From IMG/VR virus record IMGVR_UViG_3300005444_000001, positions 4,406-68,405 of that record: a DNA stretch of 64,000 nt. The stretch is one strand, 5' to 3'. Positions within the stretch are counted from its first letter, which is position 1; each line of letters starts with the position of its first letter. Made by a program: the position numbers and the translations under genes. A model generated the notes under the pieces. The model ran no database searches, was not told the origin of the DNA, and saw nothing but the letters and a program-made list of their open reading frames with translations. The DNA is from a virus. Of the stretch, positions 48,240 through 56,006 are shown piece by piece.

Positions 48240-48716
48240 ATGAGTGAAAAATGCGAAGTCGGTGCTCAGTACGTCGTTGGATTTATGTTCAGCGCGGATC
48301 TTCGGTTCGTTCTGCTGGTGCTGAAGAATCGTCCTGATTGGCAGCGCGGAAAGCTAAATGGTATCGGGGGCAAGATCGAAGATGACGAGTCGCCCGATCA
48401 GGCAATGCGGCGTGAGTTTTTGGAAGAGGCCGCGATCGATACTGACGACTGGCTACGGTTCGCAACCCTTGGGGATGATCGCGGATGGATTATTCACTTC
48501 TATTACGCTAAGGGCGACATTAATAAGGCCAAAACTGTGACCGATGAAATCTTGATGGCAATTCCCTTGTGGAACCTGAACAGAGAACCGCGTCTCATCC
48601 CGAATCTGACGTGGCTTATCCCGATGGCGCTCAGTATGCAGAAAGAGCGCATCGACTATTTCCAAGTGACCGAACAACGAATATACGAAACACAGAGCAA
48701 CGAGGCATCGCAGTAA
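48240..48716 (+). CDS. Nudix hydrolase
   Basis: Nudix box 'GGKIEDDESPDQAMRREFLEEAAI'. Confidence 0.85.
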   Translation: MSEKCEVGAQYVVGFMFSADLRFVLLVLKNRPDWQRGKLNGIGGKIEDDESPDQAMRREFLEEAAIDTDDWLRFATLGDDRGWIIHFYYAKGDINKAKTVTDEILMAIPLWNLNREPRLIPNLTWLIPMALSMQKERIDYFQVTEQRIYETQSNEASQ

Positions 48717-48733
48717 CGAGGCAGGAGAGGAAG

Positions 48734-49078
48734 ATGGGACACACGGTTTACCCCGGTCAGCAGTTTGGGAACTTTGTGGTTTTCAACGACGGCCCGCTGA
48801 CACTTGAACCGATCACGGATGCGGATATTAAGACGATCAAGGTTAAGCCGGGCTCTGGTTGCGCGTCGAAGGCATGGAGTTGCAATGCGCAATGGTTTTT
48901 CGTCATCAGACATTCCGACATCATTCTAGTTAACGTGCATACGAATGAAGGCTATCTCTGTCAGAAGAAAAGCGCGAGGTTTATTGAAGCATTTCTGGAA
49001 GCCCGCAAACCAATGCGCAAATGGCCTGAGAAATTAGGAATGGCTGGCTCCGATCTGTACCCGAGGCGTCGCCAGTAG
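48734..49078 (+). CDS. Hypothetical protein
   Basis: Start corrected (SD GAGG). Confidence 0.45.
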   Translation: MGHTVYPGQQFGNFVVFNDGPLTLEPITDADIKTIKVKPGSGCASKAWSCNAQWFFVIRHSDIILVNVHTNEGYLCQKKSARFIEAFLEARKPMRKWPEKLGMAGSDLYPRRRQ

Positions 49079-49101
49079 GGACGGATAGAGAGGGAGAGTA
49101 G

Positions 49102-49362
49102 ATGAGCGAGCGCTATCAAAAAGAAGTCAACGATCTGATTGAGTGGTATGCCGCTCGACTCCCGGCCTGCGGGCCTTTCTCGCTGACTGAGAGCGAATAC
49201 AAGCAAGGAACGGATGCGCTGAAGGGCAACCACGCAACGCTCGCTCAGGCGGCATTTATCGAGTGGCTGGCAACTCGCAACTATGAACTCAGTTACAACC
49301 AGTGTTGTTGCGCGTGCTTTGAGGCAGCGAAACGGGCAGGGATGCTGACCGTAAATAGTTGA
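49102..49362 (+). CDS. Hypothetical protein
   Basis: 86 aa, SD GGAG. Confidence 0.45.
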   Translation: MSERYQKEVNDLIEWYAARLPACGPFSLTESEYKQGTDALKGNHATLAQAAFIEWLATRNYELSYNQCCCACFEAAKRAGMLTVNS

Positions 49363-49388
49363 AGCCCTCTGGATGTTGGGGAGAAAAA

Positions 49389-50024
49389 ATGACGCGAGTA
49401 ATCGGCTACATTCGAGTGAGTACAGGCGAGCAGGCGGACTCGGGGGCGGGTTTGCAGGCGCAGCGCGAGCGAATCGATGCGGAGTGTCAGCGCCGGGAAT
49501 GGGAACTTGTGCGCGTCTTCGAAGATGCGGGCTTGTCGGGGAAGTCCACGGACCGGCCGGGATTTGAGGCGGCGCTGGAGTACCTGCAGGATCGCGCGGC
49601 CGAAGGGATTGTCGTCTCAAACCTCGATCGATTGACGCGTTCACTGAAAGACTTTGCGGAGTTAATGGAAAAGGCGCGGGCTGAGCAGTGGAACCTCGTT
49701 GCCCTGGATTTGGGAGTTGATTTGTCCACGCCGGCGGGTGAGTTCCTGGCGCACGTCATGGCCTCTGTCGCCCAGTGGGAGAGACGGATCATTTCTCAAA
49801 GAACGAAGTCAGCGCTGGCGGTGAAGAAGGCGCAGGGCGTGAAGTTAGGCAGTCCGACAAAGACGACGAAGGAGACGAGAGAGTTGATTCGACGGCGCCG
49901 CGAGGCGGGCGAGTCGCTGGCGAAGATTGCGGAGATGTTGAACGAGCAGGGGATTGAGACAGGTCGCGGCGGGAAGCAGTGGTATCCTTCGAGCGTGGCG
50001 TCAGCGGCGGCAGCGCCGGATTAA
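49389..50024 (+). CDS. Serine recombinase (resolvase/invertase family)
   Basis: 'IGYIRVSTGEQ', 'SGKSTDRPG', 'LDRLTRS', 'ERRIISQRTKSAL..KKAQG..LG'. Confidence 0.9.
   Translation: MTRVIGYIRVSTGEQADSGAGLQAQRERIDAECQRREWELVRVFEDAGLSGKSTDRPGFEAALEYLQDRAAEGIVVSNLDRLTRSLKDFAELMEKARAEQWNLVALDLGVDLSTPAGEFLAHVMASVAQWERRIISQRTKSALAVKKAQGVKLGSPTKTTKETRELIRRRREAGESLAKIAEMLNEQGIETGRGGKQWYPSSVASAAAAPD
49767..49783. repeat. 17-bp palindrome copy
   Basis: GTCGCCCAGTGGGAGAG, inside the recombinase CDS (VAQWER). Confidence 0.9.
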
Positions 50025-50081
50025 TAGCGGCTTTATCATCCTAATTCAGAAAGGAACCCTCTGGAAGATTAACGGGGATTA

Positions 50082-50276
50082 CTATTCACGAAGAGAGGCG
50101 CTTTCGGGCGTCTCTTTTTGCTTGTAGAAGCACTTGAAACAGAGGTCGTCAGTGAAGAACTCGCAATAGATAAAGTCGCCGCGCACTTCCGAGATAACAA
50201 CCCGCTTTGAGCATTCTTGACAGATACCGATCCGTGGGCGTGCTTTAATCTTCTCAAGTAAGAGCAGGTAATTCAT
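50082..50276 (-). CDS. Small Cys-rich hypothetical protein
   Basis: 64 aa, CQEC...C...CFKC. Confidence 0.4.
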   Translation of the reverse strand: MNYLLLLEKIKARPRIGICQECSKRVVISEVRGDFIYCEFFTDDLCFKCFYKQKETPESASLRE

Positions 50277-50679
50277 CGCATCTCGACTCGTTCAACACTT
50301 CCTCTCTTTCTCGAATCATGTCGAGCAATTCTCCGTGCCCGAATTTAGTGTGCGAGTGCGCGCGCCGCTCGAGATCATCAAAGGCGTCCTGTCCGAAGCG
50401 ACGCACGTATTCATTATTGTAGGCGTCTGGCGCGTCTTCGTGGCGATTGTTTTCTGTGGCGTGCTGCGCGTGGTTGTTTCCTTCAGGGTGGACGTCGAAG
50501 CGCGTGGGCTCCCACGTTCGCGTGAACAAGTGACTGTTCTGAAGCGGATCGCCGGGTCGCCCAGGCTGACCGCAGGTGAAGCAGACCGTCTCATTTTTGA
50601 GGACGACTCTGCGCGTCAAATCGTCGAGCGTCTTCTTCAGGTCGCGGCGCGAGCCTTTTGCCGGCGGGCTGTAGCGCAT
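50254..50679 (-). CDS. NinG/Rap-like endonuclease
   Basis: 'CFTCG...SH..TR...TRFD...N.H.QH...N......Y......FGQ..FD.L'. Confidence 0.6.
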   Translation of the reverse strand: MRYSPPAKGSRRDLKKTLDDLTRRVVLKNETVCFTCGQPGRPGDPLQNSHLFTRTWEPTRFDVHPEGNNHAQHATENNRHEDAPDAYNNEYVRRFGQDAFDDLERRAHSHTKFGHGELLDMIREREEVLNESRCDELPALT

Positions 50680-50683
50680 GTAA

Positions 50684-51409
50684 CTACGCTTCACTCTGGA
50701 TTCTCCTTGCCGCGATTTCACAGTAGCGCTCCTGATTTTCAATGCCGACGGCTTTGCGGTTAAGTTGGCGCGCGGCCACGAGCGTCGTGCCGCTGCCCAT
50801 GAATGGGTCCAGCACGATGCCGTTCGGCGGACAGGAATACTCAATCAGCGGCAGGATGATTTCGATTGGCTTCTGGGTCGGATGCTGCGCGTAGTGATGG
50901 CAAGAGCGGGCTTCAATCACGCTTCGCTGCAGGCGCGGGCCGCCGTCAACCGAGACGTAAGGCGCTTGGTCAATATGACCTAAATGTGGAGGTCGAGTCT
51001 TGGAACGCCTCGTCCGCGGCGTGGCGTCCGGCGTTGTGACGGGCTTTTTGAAAATTGTCGCCCACTCGCCCTTGTAGAATTGAACAATGTGTTCGTGGAC
51101 GCGTCGAAAGCGGTCGGCGTGAAAGCCGGAGCCGTTGTGCTTTTTCCAGACGATATCCTGAGCGAGTTTCCATTTCGTGAACAGATCGCGCTCCTGCATG
51201 AAGAACCGGAGCGAGCCGAAGCACCAGAGCGTCCGGCAGGGCATCAAGTCCGGCCAGCAACCATCGACGCGCTTGTCCCACTTCAGCGACGTTTCCCCGT
51301 AAGGCGGATCGGCGATAGCCATATCCATCGCCTGCGGGAGCGCCGGCAGGACATCCCGGCAATCGCCGTGATAGATCGTTATTCCGTTTTGACTGAAGTA
51401 AGGCTTCAC
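50684..51409 (-). CDS. DNA N6-adenine/N4-cytosine methyltransferase (beta class)
   Basis: 'HGDCRDVL', 'ADPPY', 'HPTQKP', 'VLDPFMGSGTT', 'GIE...YCEIA..R'. Confidence 0.92.
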   Translation of the reverse strand: MKPYFSQNGITIYHGDCRDVLPALPQAMDMAIADPPYGETSLKWDKRVDGCWPDLMPCRTLWCFGSLRFFMQERDLFTKWKLAQDIVWKKHNGSGFHADRFRRVHEHIVQFYKGEWATIFKKPVTTPDATPRTRRSKTRPPHLGHIDQAPYVSVDGGPRLQRSVIEARSCHHYAQHPTQKPIEIILPLIEYSCPPNGIVLDPFMGSGTTLVAARQLNRKAVGIENQERYCEIAARRIQSEA

Positions 51410-51651
51410 GAGATTAGCGCCCGCCCCTTATCCGTTAGTTCAAAGTCGCCGCGACAGCCGCAGGCGCAGCCAGAGACGAGTCCGCGCTTAATGAGCGCGC
51501 GCATCTTCGCCAGCGCGATTTTAGGTAGAGTGTTCGGCGGCATCGCCAACGTGACACTGTTTGGGTATTCATTGCCGTACCACGTACATGGCTCTCTGCG
51601 TTCGGCTAAATGCCGGAGCACAGGTTCTTCTGGGATATCCTTAGCTTGCAT
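51406..51651 (-). CDS. Conserved phage hypothetical protein
   Basis: MQAKDIP...LIKRGLVSGCACGCRGDFELT; SD supplied by the palindrome. Confidence 0.6.
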   Translation of the reverse strand: MQAKDIPEEPVLRHLAERREPCTWYGNEYPNSVTLAMPPNTLPKIALAKMRALIKRGLVSGCACGCRGDFELTDKGRALIS

Positions 51652-51653
51652 CT

Positions 51654-51670
51654 CTCTCCCACTGGGCGAC
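51654..51670. repeat. 17-bp palindrome copy
   Basis: CTCTCCCACTGGGCGAC; SD of the gene at 51651. Confidence 0.9.
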
Positions 51671-51979
51671 AAAATCAAGACAGGCTCTCCGATGATGCGA
51701 TCTACCGGATGGCTCGCACCGTTGCGTTCGGACCCTCGCGGTTGAATCTTCAGTCGCGACGCGAGATAAGGGTTATTACCCCTACAACGTCCCTCGGCGC
51801 TTTTGGACAGGTACTATCCGCCCTTCGCGTTTGCTCCGACACCGGAGAGCCTACCTGTCCGCCGACTCGGCAATCTTCCCACACTTGCTATCGCTTTCGC
51901 GCGCGTCGAGCCGATTGATGAAGTGACATCGGCGGCGCAGGCACAATAACACACTGATTAGCGGGCGCGAAGAAGAAAC

Positions 51980-52008
51980 TTGCAGTAAGACGAGAAAATC
52001 TGTATAAG
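51980..52008 (+). promoter_or_regulatory. sigma70-type promoter
   Basis: TTGCAG, 17 bp, TG-TATAAG. Confidence 0.5.
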
Positions 52009-52015
52009 GATTCTC

Positions 52016-52153
52016 GCCTGAGAACGGCGCGACTGTGGGACAGCAAAGTAGCGCGGTAGCTCCGCTTGCCGTGGTCGCGCGTTAGAAAGATGGGTTAGGG
52101 TAACAAGGCTACCGCCCCGAGGCCATAGTCGGCGCGAATCCGGCTTCTCAGGT
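52016..52153 (+). ncRNA. Highly paired 5' leader RNA of the HTH/RHH gene
   Basis: Nested helices 52017-24/52145-52, 52030-38/52123-31, 52053-60/52108-15. Confidence 0.5.
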
Positions 52154-52160
52154 TGAATCC

Positions 52161-52592
52161 ATGTCGAAACGACGCATACCTGAACAACGAAAGACTGGCG
52201 CTCCAAAGTACAACACGGCGGAGTTCAAGCGGCTGACCGGTTATAGCGAAAAGACTCTGTATCGGTTGATTTCTGAGCGGCATATCCGAATGCAGCCGTT
52301 TCGCGGGCGCTGGAGCGAAGAACAGCTTCAGGACGTTCTGCTGTACAAAAAGTCAGTCGAGGCGGGGCGACCTTCCGGACCGGCGCGCATCAACCAGACC
52401 TTTCCTGTGCGCCCGCCCGTACTGAAAGCGCTGTCGAATCTGAGAGATGAAGGTAAGTACGCGAACCGCGGCGCGGCGCTGGAGCATACAATTCTGCACG
52501 CGCTTGCCTGCGAAAACTTTAAGCCCGGGCCGCACAATCTGGTCGTCGACGAGCAAGGCGCGGTCAGCGAAGTAGATTTGAGCAATTTGTAA
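52161..52592 (+). CDS. DNA-binding protein: excisionase-like HTH plus RHH-like domain
   Basis: 'YNTAEFKRLTGYSEKTLYRLI' and 'INQTFPVRPPVLKAL...NRGAALE..ILHAL'. Confidence 0.6.
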   Translation: MSKRRIPEQRKTGAPKYNTAEFKRLTGYSEKTLYRLISERHIRMQPFRGRWSEEQLQDVLLYKKSVEAGRPSGPARINQTFPVRPPVLKALSNLRDEGKYANRGAALEHTILHALACENFKPGPHNLVVDEQGAVSEVDLSNL

Positions 52593-52637
52593 TGGCAGAT
52601 TCTTTGGAACAACTAAAACTGGACGCTGACGAATAAT

Positions 52638-52654
52638 GTCTCCCAATGGGAGAG
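52638..52654. repeat. 17-bp palindrome copy
   Basis: GTCTCCCAATGGGAGAG, intergenic. Confidence 0.9.
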
Positions 52655-52666
52655 AAAGAGAGGTAT

Positions 52667-52864
52667 ATGCCCAAACGCATATCCGACGAAGAACGAATCA
52701 TTAAATTCTTTATGACGCAGCCGCCCGCGGAGTGCGCGCTGATGCAGAAGACGATCGCGAGCATTCTGGCGAACCGAACAGACATCACGCAGCCAGCCAA
52801 GAAAGAGCGAAAGAAGCGTGCGTCCCAAGGAAGCCCGGCGCTACCGCTGACTGGCGAGAAGTAG
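52667..52864 (+). CDS. Small basic protein
   Basis: 65 aa, SD GAGGT. Confidence 0.45.
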   Translation: MPKRISDEERIIKFFMTQPPAECALMQKTIASILANRTDITQPAKKERKKRASQGSPALPLTGEK

Positions 52865-52924
52865 CCCGTGGAACTCATTCAAGACACCGAAAACTGGCTA
52901 AACTCAATTTCGAAGGAGACTCCT

Positions 52925-53212
52925 ATGGCGAAAGCTAAAGCCGCAAGCGTGACCCAATCCACTGAACAGCGTCTCCCCGGCGCGGAAGACCCAACTATTC
53001 CGGAAATCCACCAGGCCGCCGCGTCGCTTCTGGACGTGCGCAGCCGCCGCATCGCGCTCACGAAAGAGGAAAGCGACGCTGAAAAGATCGTCGTCGAGGC
53101 GATGAAAAAGAACGAACGCGACTACTACAATGTTGACGGATTGGAAGTGACGATCAACCACGGCAAAGACAAAGCCAAGGTCGCTCACGTCTCGTCCGGC
53201 GACGATGAGTAA
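52925..53212 (+). CDS. Hypothetical phage protein
   Basis: 95 aa, SD AAGGAG. Confidence 0.5.
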   Translation: MAKAKAASVTQSTEQRLPGAEDPTIPEIHQAAASLLDVRSRRIALTKEESDAEKIVVEAMKKNERDYYNVDGLEVTINHGKDKAKVAHVSSGDDE

Positions 53213-53294
53213 ATCTTTCCGCTTTACCTGTAGTCCTTTTTCTGGCACTCTGCGCTCAGGCGTGGAGCGCCAGTTTTGTTTTGAAGGGAATCTT

Positions 53295-53801
53295 ATGAAT
53301 CGACGAACAATGTTGAAGCGCATCGGCACTGGCGCCGCAATCGTGGCGGCTAGTCCGAGCGTATTGTTAATGCAGGGATGCGGCGTGAAGGACATCGCCT
53401 TCTACGTCTCCACAGTCGTCGGCGCGCTCGGTGAACTGAGTCCGCTACTGCCCGGTGCCACCAAACTTATCGCTGAAGCCGTAAAGGTCGCGAACGACTT
53501 TCTCGCGAAGTACAAGGCGGAAGACTTCTCGAATGCCACGGCGCTCTTTCAGAATCTCGTCAGTGTGATTACTCAGATCGCGTCTGATGTTGGTGTGAAT
53601 AATCCGTCCGTGAAGATTATTCTGGCGATTGCCAACGTAGCGATTCACGCGATTGCGGCGCTTCTAGCCGGACAGGCCACACCAGCGGTTAAAGCGCGTA
53701 TGGCGAAGGCGAATTCCGCGCAGTTGGCGCAAGCGAACGTGATCGGGAAACTCGCGGACCCTGCGACGATTGACCAGATATTTGCAGCGACAAAACCGTA
53801 A
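53295..53801 (+). CDS. Tat-signal lipoprotein
   Basis: MNRRTMLK twin-arginine motif, h-region, 'LMQG|C' lipobox; amphipathic helical body. Confidence 0.6.
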   Translation: MNRRTMLKRIGTGAAIVAASPSVLLMQGCGVKDIAFYVSTVVGALGELSPLLPGATKLIAEAVKVANDFLAKYKAEDFSNATALFQNLVSVITQIASDVGVNNPSVKIILAIANVAIHAIAALLAGQATPAVKARMAKANSAQLAQANVIGKLADPATIDQIFAATKP

Positions 53802-53859
53802 ATGGTCTGGCGTTGCTGATTGTGGGAGTTAATAATTGTTCGATAGGTGAGGTAAAATC

Positions 53860-54015
53860 ATGTCTGACAAAGATTGCGAGAAGAAAGATAAAGTTGAGGA
53901 AAAAGATGAGCAGTCAAGCGACGGCCCGCGTCCAACCGATCCAATCATTCCCGGCGCAGACGAACCAGGCGGCGGCGTCAGCAGCGGACCGCCTGAGCCC
54001 GGCGGCGGAGACTAA
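53860..54015 (+). CDS. Short acidic Pro/Gly-rich peptide
   Basis: 51 aa MSDKDCEKK...PPEPGGGD*, SD GAGGT; overlaps the next ORF in another frame. Confidence 0.35.
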   Translation: MSDKDCEKKDKVEEKDEQSSDGPRPTDPIIPGADEPGGGVSSGPPEPGGGD

Positions 54016-54463
54016 GCCGCGCTGGATCTGGCGAGTAGTCACATGGAAGTACACCGTGGACGCCACTTCAAAATGGCTGAAGCGTGTGTACTTCTATTGC
54101 GTGTTTCTTCAGTTCAATCGCTTTTCGTATTGGGCATTCGATCTCGTGCCGCCAAACGGTCGGGACGATACCGGACGATTATGTTGGACGGAAGACCAAG
54201 GGTGCTGGGATACCGAATGGGAAGCCGAGCAGGAAGCCCTACTCTATCCATTTGGGCATGCTATTAAAGTGCCTCTACGAGCCTCGCTTCCCCGTGCGTC
54301 AGTTCATACTGAACAGATCCATCCGCACTCGCCACCCGAAGTGAAGAAGATGTATCAGAAGAAAACTGCAAGTGAGACTATCGAGTTATCCCGGCTTGAC
54401 GTCATCAAAGTAGCGGCAAAACTGGCGCAGAGTGACAGGATTTTTGAGTCGAAGGCCGTATGA
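53906..54463 (+). CDS. Hypothetical aromatic-rich protein
   Basis: ORF continuous to 54463; true start uncertain. Confidence 0.45.
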   Translation: MSSQATARVQPIQSFPAQTNQAAASAADRLSPAAETKPRWIWRVVTWKYTVDATSKWLKRVYFYCVFLQFNRFSYWAFDLVPPNGRDDTGRLCWTEDQGCWDTEWEAEQEALLYPFGHAIKVPLRASLPRASVHTEQIHPHSPPEVKKMYQKKTASETIELSRLDVIKVAAKLAQSDRIFESKAV

Positions 54464-54470
54464 GAACACA

Positions 54471-54893
54471 ATGCAGGATTCGACATCGCCGTCTCTCACT
54501 ACATACCTCTCCGCCCTTGCGGCGATAGCATCCCTTGTGGGAATCCCTGTAAGTTCAATCCTTACTTATCTTTTCACACGCCCAAAACAATCCGCTGAAA
54601 TTCATAAGACTGAGGCTGAAGCGCAGGAGATTCAGTCTTCGATTATGATGAGGATCTACAGACGTCTTGATGATTACGAGATAGTGCGCCAGCGATTGAA
54701 TGAGGCGATTGCGGACCTGGAAAACAGGAATTTTGACTTGGAATATGCTAGCCGGGTGAAGGATTCGAGAATCAAGCAACAATCAGAAGAAATCACGATC
54801 CTTAATCTCCAGATTCAGCGTGCACGCGCCCAAGGGTTCTTGGAAGAGAGAGAGCCGCATTCCCCGAACCCTGCCGCCACTCCGCCATCTTAA
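54471..54893 (+). CDS. Single-TM coiled-coil protein (holin-like)
   Basis: 'YLSALAAIASLVGIPVSSILTYLF' followed by coiled coil. Confidence 0.5.
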   Translation: MQDSTSPSLTTYLSALAAIASLVGIPVSSILTYLFTRPKQSAEIHKTEAEAQEIQSSIMMRIYRRLDDYEIVRQRLNEAIADLENRNFDLEYASRVKDSRIKQQSEEITILNLQIQRARAQGFLEEREPHSPNPAATPPS

Positions 54894-55401
54894 CCAGCGC
54901 CTCGTCGATGAGCCCGGGCGACCATCCTGCGACTTTTCCGTAAGCACGTCCGCGCGCGCGCCATGTCTCCCACGGGCGACAATAGCACCCAACGTGCATT
55001 AGGTCGCTGACGCACTCTGAGATAATGACACGAATCAACGAGTCTTCGATGACGTGATAGCGCGGCGGCTGCGTCCAGGTGCCGCGGTCGAAGCGGACGT
55101 GTTCATTAAGCGACCAAGGGCCGATAAGTTTAGCGTTGAAGACTCTGACGTTTTCGAGATCGACTTCTTCGACGGTGGCGTTGTAGAGGCGAGATTGTCC
55201 AGCGATTGTCGAGTGTCTTACTGTGGAATTGATTATCAAAGCGTCATCTTGGATTAGCGAGGAAATGATTTTGGAGCCGTATGCTTCTGTGCTGTCGCCG
55301 ACTGTAGAATGGCGATCAAGAAGAGTGTCAGAAGATATTTCGCAGTCATTTCCATATTTTCGTCCGTTTCCGCGATGATGTCTTAACCAAATTTGTTCCA
55401 C
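54802..55401 (-). CDS. Beta-helix-like hypothetical phage protein
   Basis: 199 aa with repeated short beta units and a 'HVGC..R.W..W' C-terminal motif. Confidence 0.5.
   Translation of the reverse strand: MEQIWLRHHRGNGRKYGNDCEISSDTLLDRHSTVGDSTEAYGSKIISSLIQDDALIINSTVRHSTIAGQSRLYNATVEEVDLENVRVFNAKLIGPWSLNEHVRFDRGTWTQPPRYHVIEDSLIRVIISECVSDLMHVGCYCRPWETWRARGRAYGKVAGWSPGLIDEALVKMAEWRQGSGNAALSLPRTLGRVHAESGD
54965..54980. repeat. 16-bp variant (one base shorter centre)
   Basis: GTCTCCCACGGGCGAC, inside a CDS. Confidence 0.6.
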
Positions 55402-55827
55402 GAAGCAACCTCATTTCGGTGGCAGAGCCGAGCGGGCATAGTAAACCTTCCCTGCTTGGGCAGTAGAGGTTTACTAGAATACGCATACATTTCGTATGGC
55501 GTCGCCTTCGCGTCTTCTAGTCCAAGGTTCTTCAGTACGCAGTCTCTCTGGTGTTACCTACCTGAGCGGGTGCTGTATTTATTCGCGCGGCTACTGAACA
55601 CAGGGCCAGAACGAGCAACGGGTTGTCTCTCCCGCCTCAAGGATCAGTTCTATCGGTGGCGGCACAGAGTTCTTTGAGCGGGTGCTATGAACGCCCCGTG
55701 CCATCAAACGCGAGTCTCTGGTCTGCAATTCTGGATTCATATACTTGGCAGTGCTTCCCGTCGCGCGTCACCTTCAACTACTTAGTAACTTGGTGATTGT
55801 TCGCCACTTTGACCGATACTTATTCCC

Positions 55828-55856
55828 TTGTCAATAAAATTTTCTGTCTGTATAAT
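55828..55856 (+). promoter_or_regulatory. Strong sigma70 promoter
   Basis: TTGTCA, 17 bp, TG-TATAAT. Confidence 0.75.
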
Positions 55857-55897
55857 GCAGGCACTCGAATCATTCCCGTGGCGCGAGTATCGACGAG

Positions 55898-55932
55898 AGG
55901 TCGGAGCAGTAATGTTCCGGCCTTTTGTTTTT
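55898..55932 (+). terminator. Rho-independent terminator about 40 nt after the promoter
   Basis: AGGTCGGAGCA-GTAA-TGTTCCGGCCT then TTTGTTTTT. Confidence 0.75.
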
Positions 55933-56006
55933 CCGGGTTGAAGTGAAAAGGGAACGGGCGACCTGTTTCCAGACCGCCCGCCCACCTGACGAAAGGAGAA
56001 TCAAAT

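Noticed and set aside
49389-50024. IS607-type transposon
   Set aside because: No N-terminal MerR-like HTH and no adjacent TnpB
52031-52130. GACTG/TAGTC pairing resembling group I intron P7
   Set aside because: No interrupted gene (flanking genes diverge) and no P4-P6 or P3/P8 core
55873-55883. CCCGTGG in the short-RNA loop as antisense to the 16-bp palindrome variants
   Set aside because: Only a 7-nt match, expected by chance
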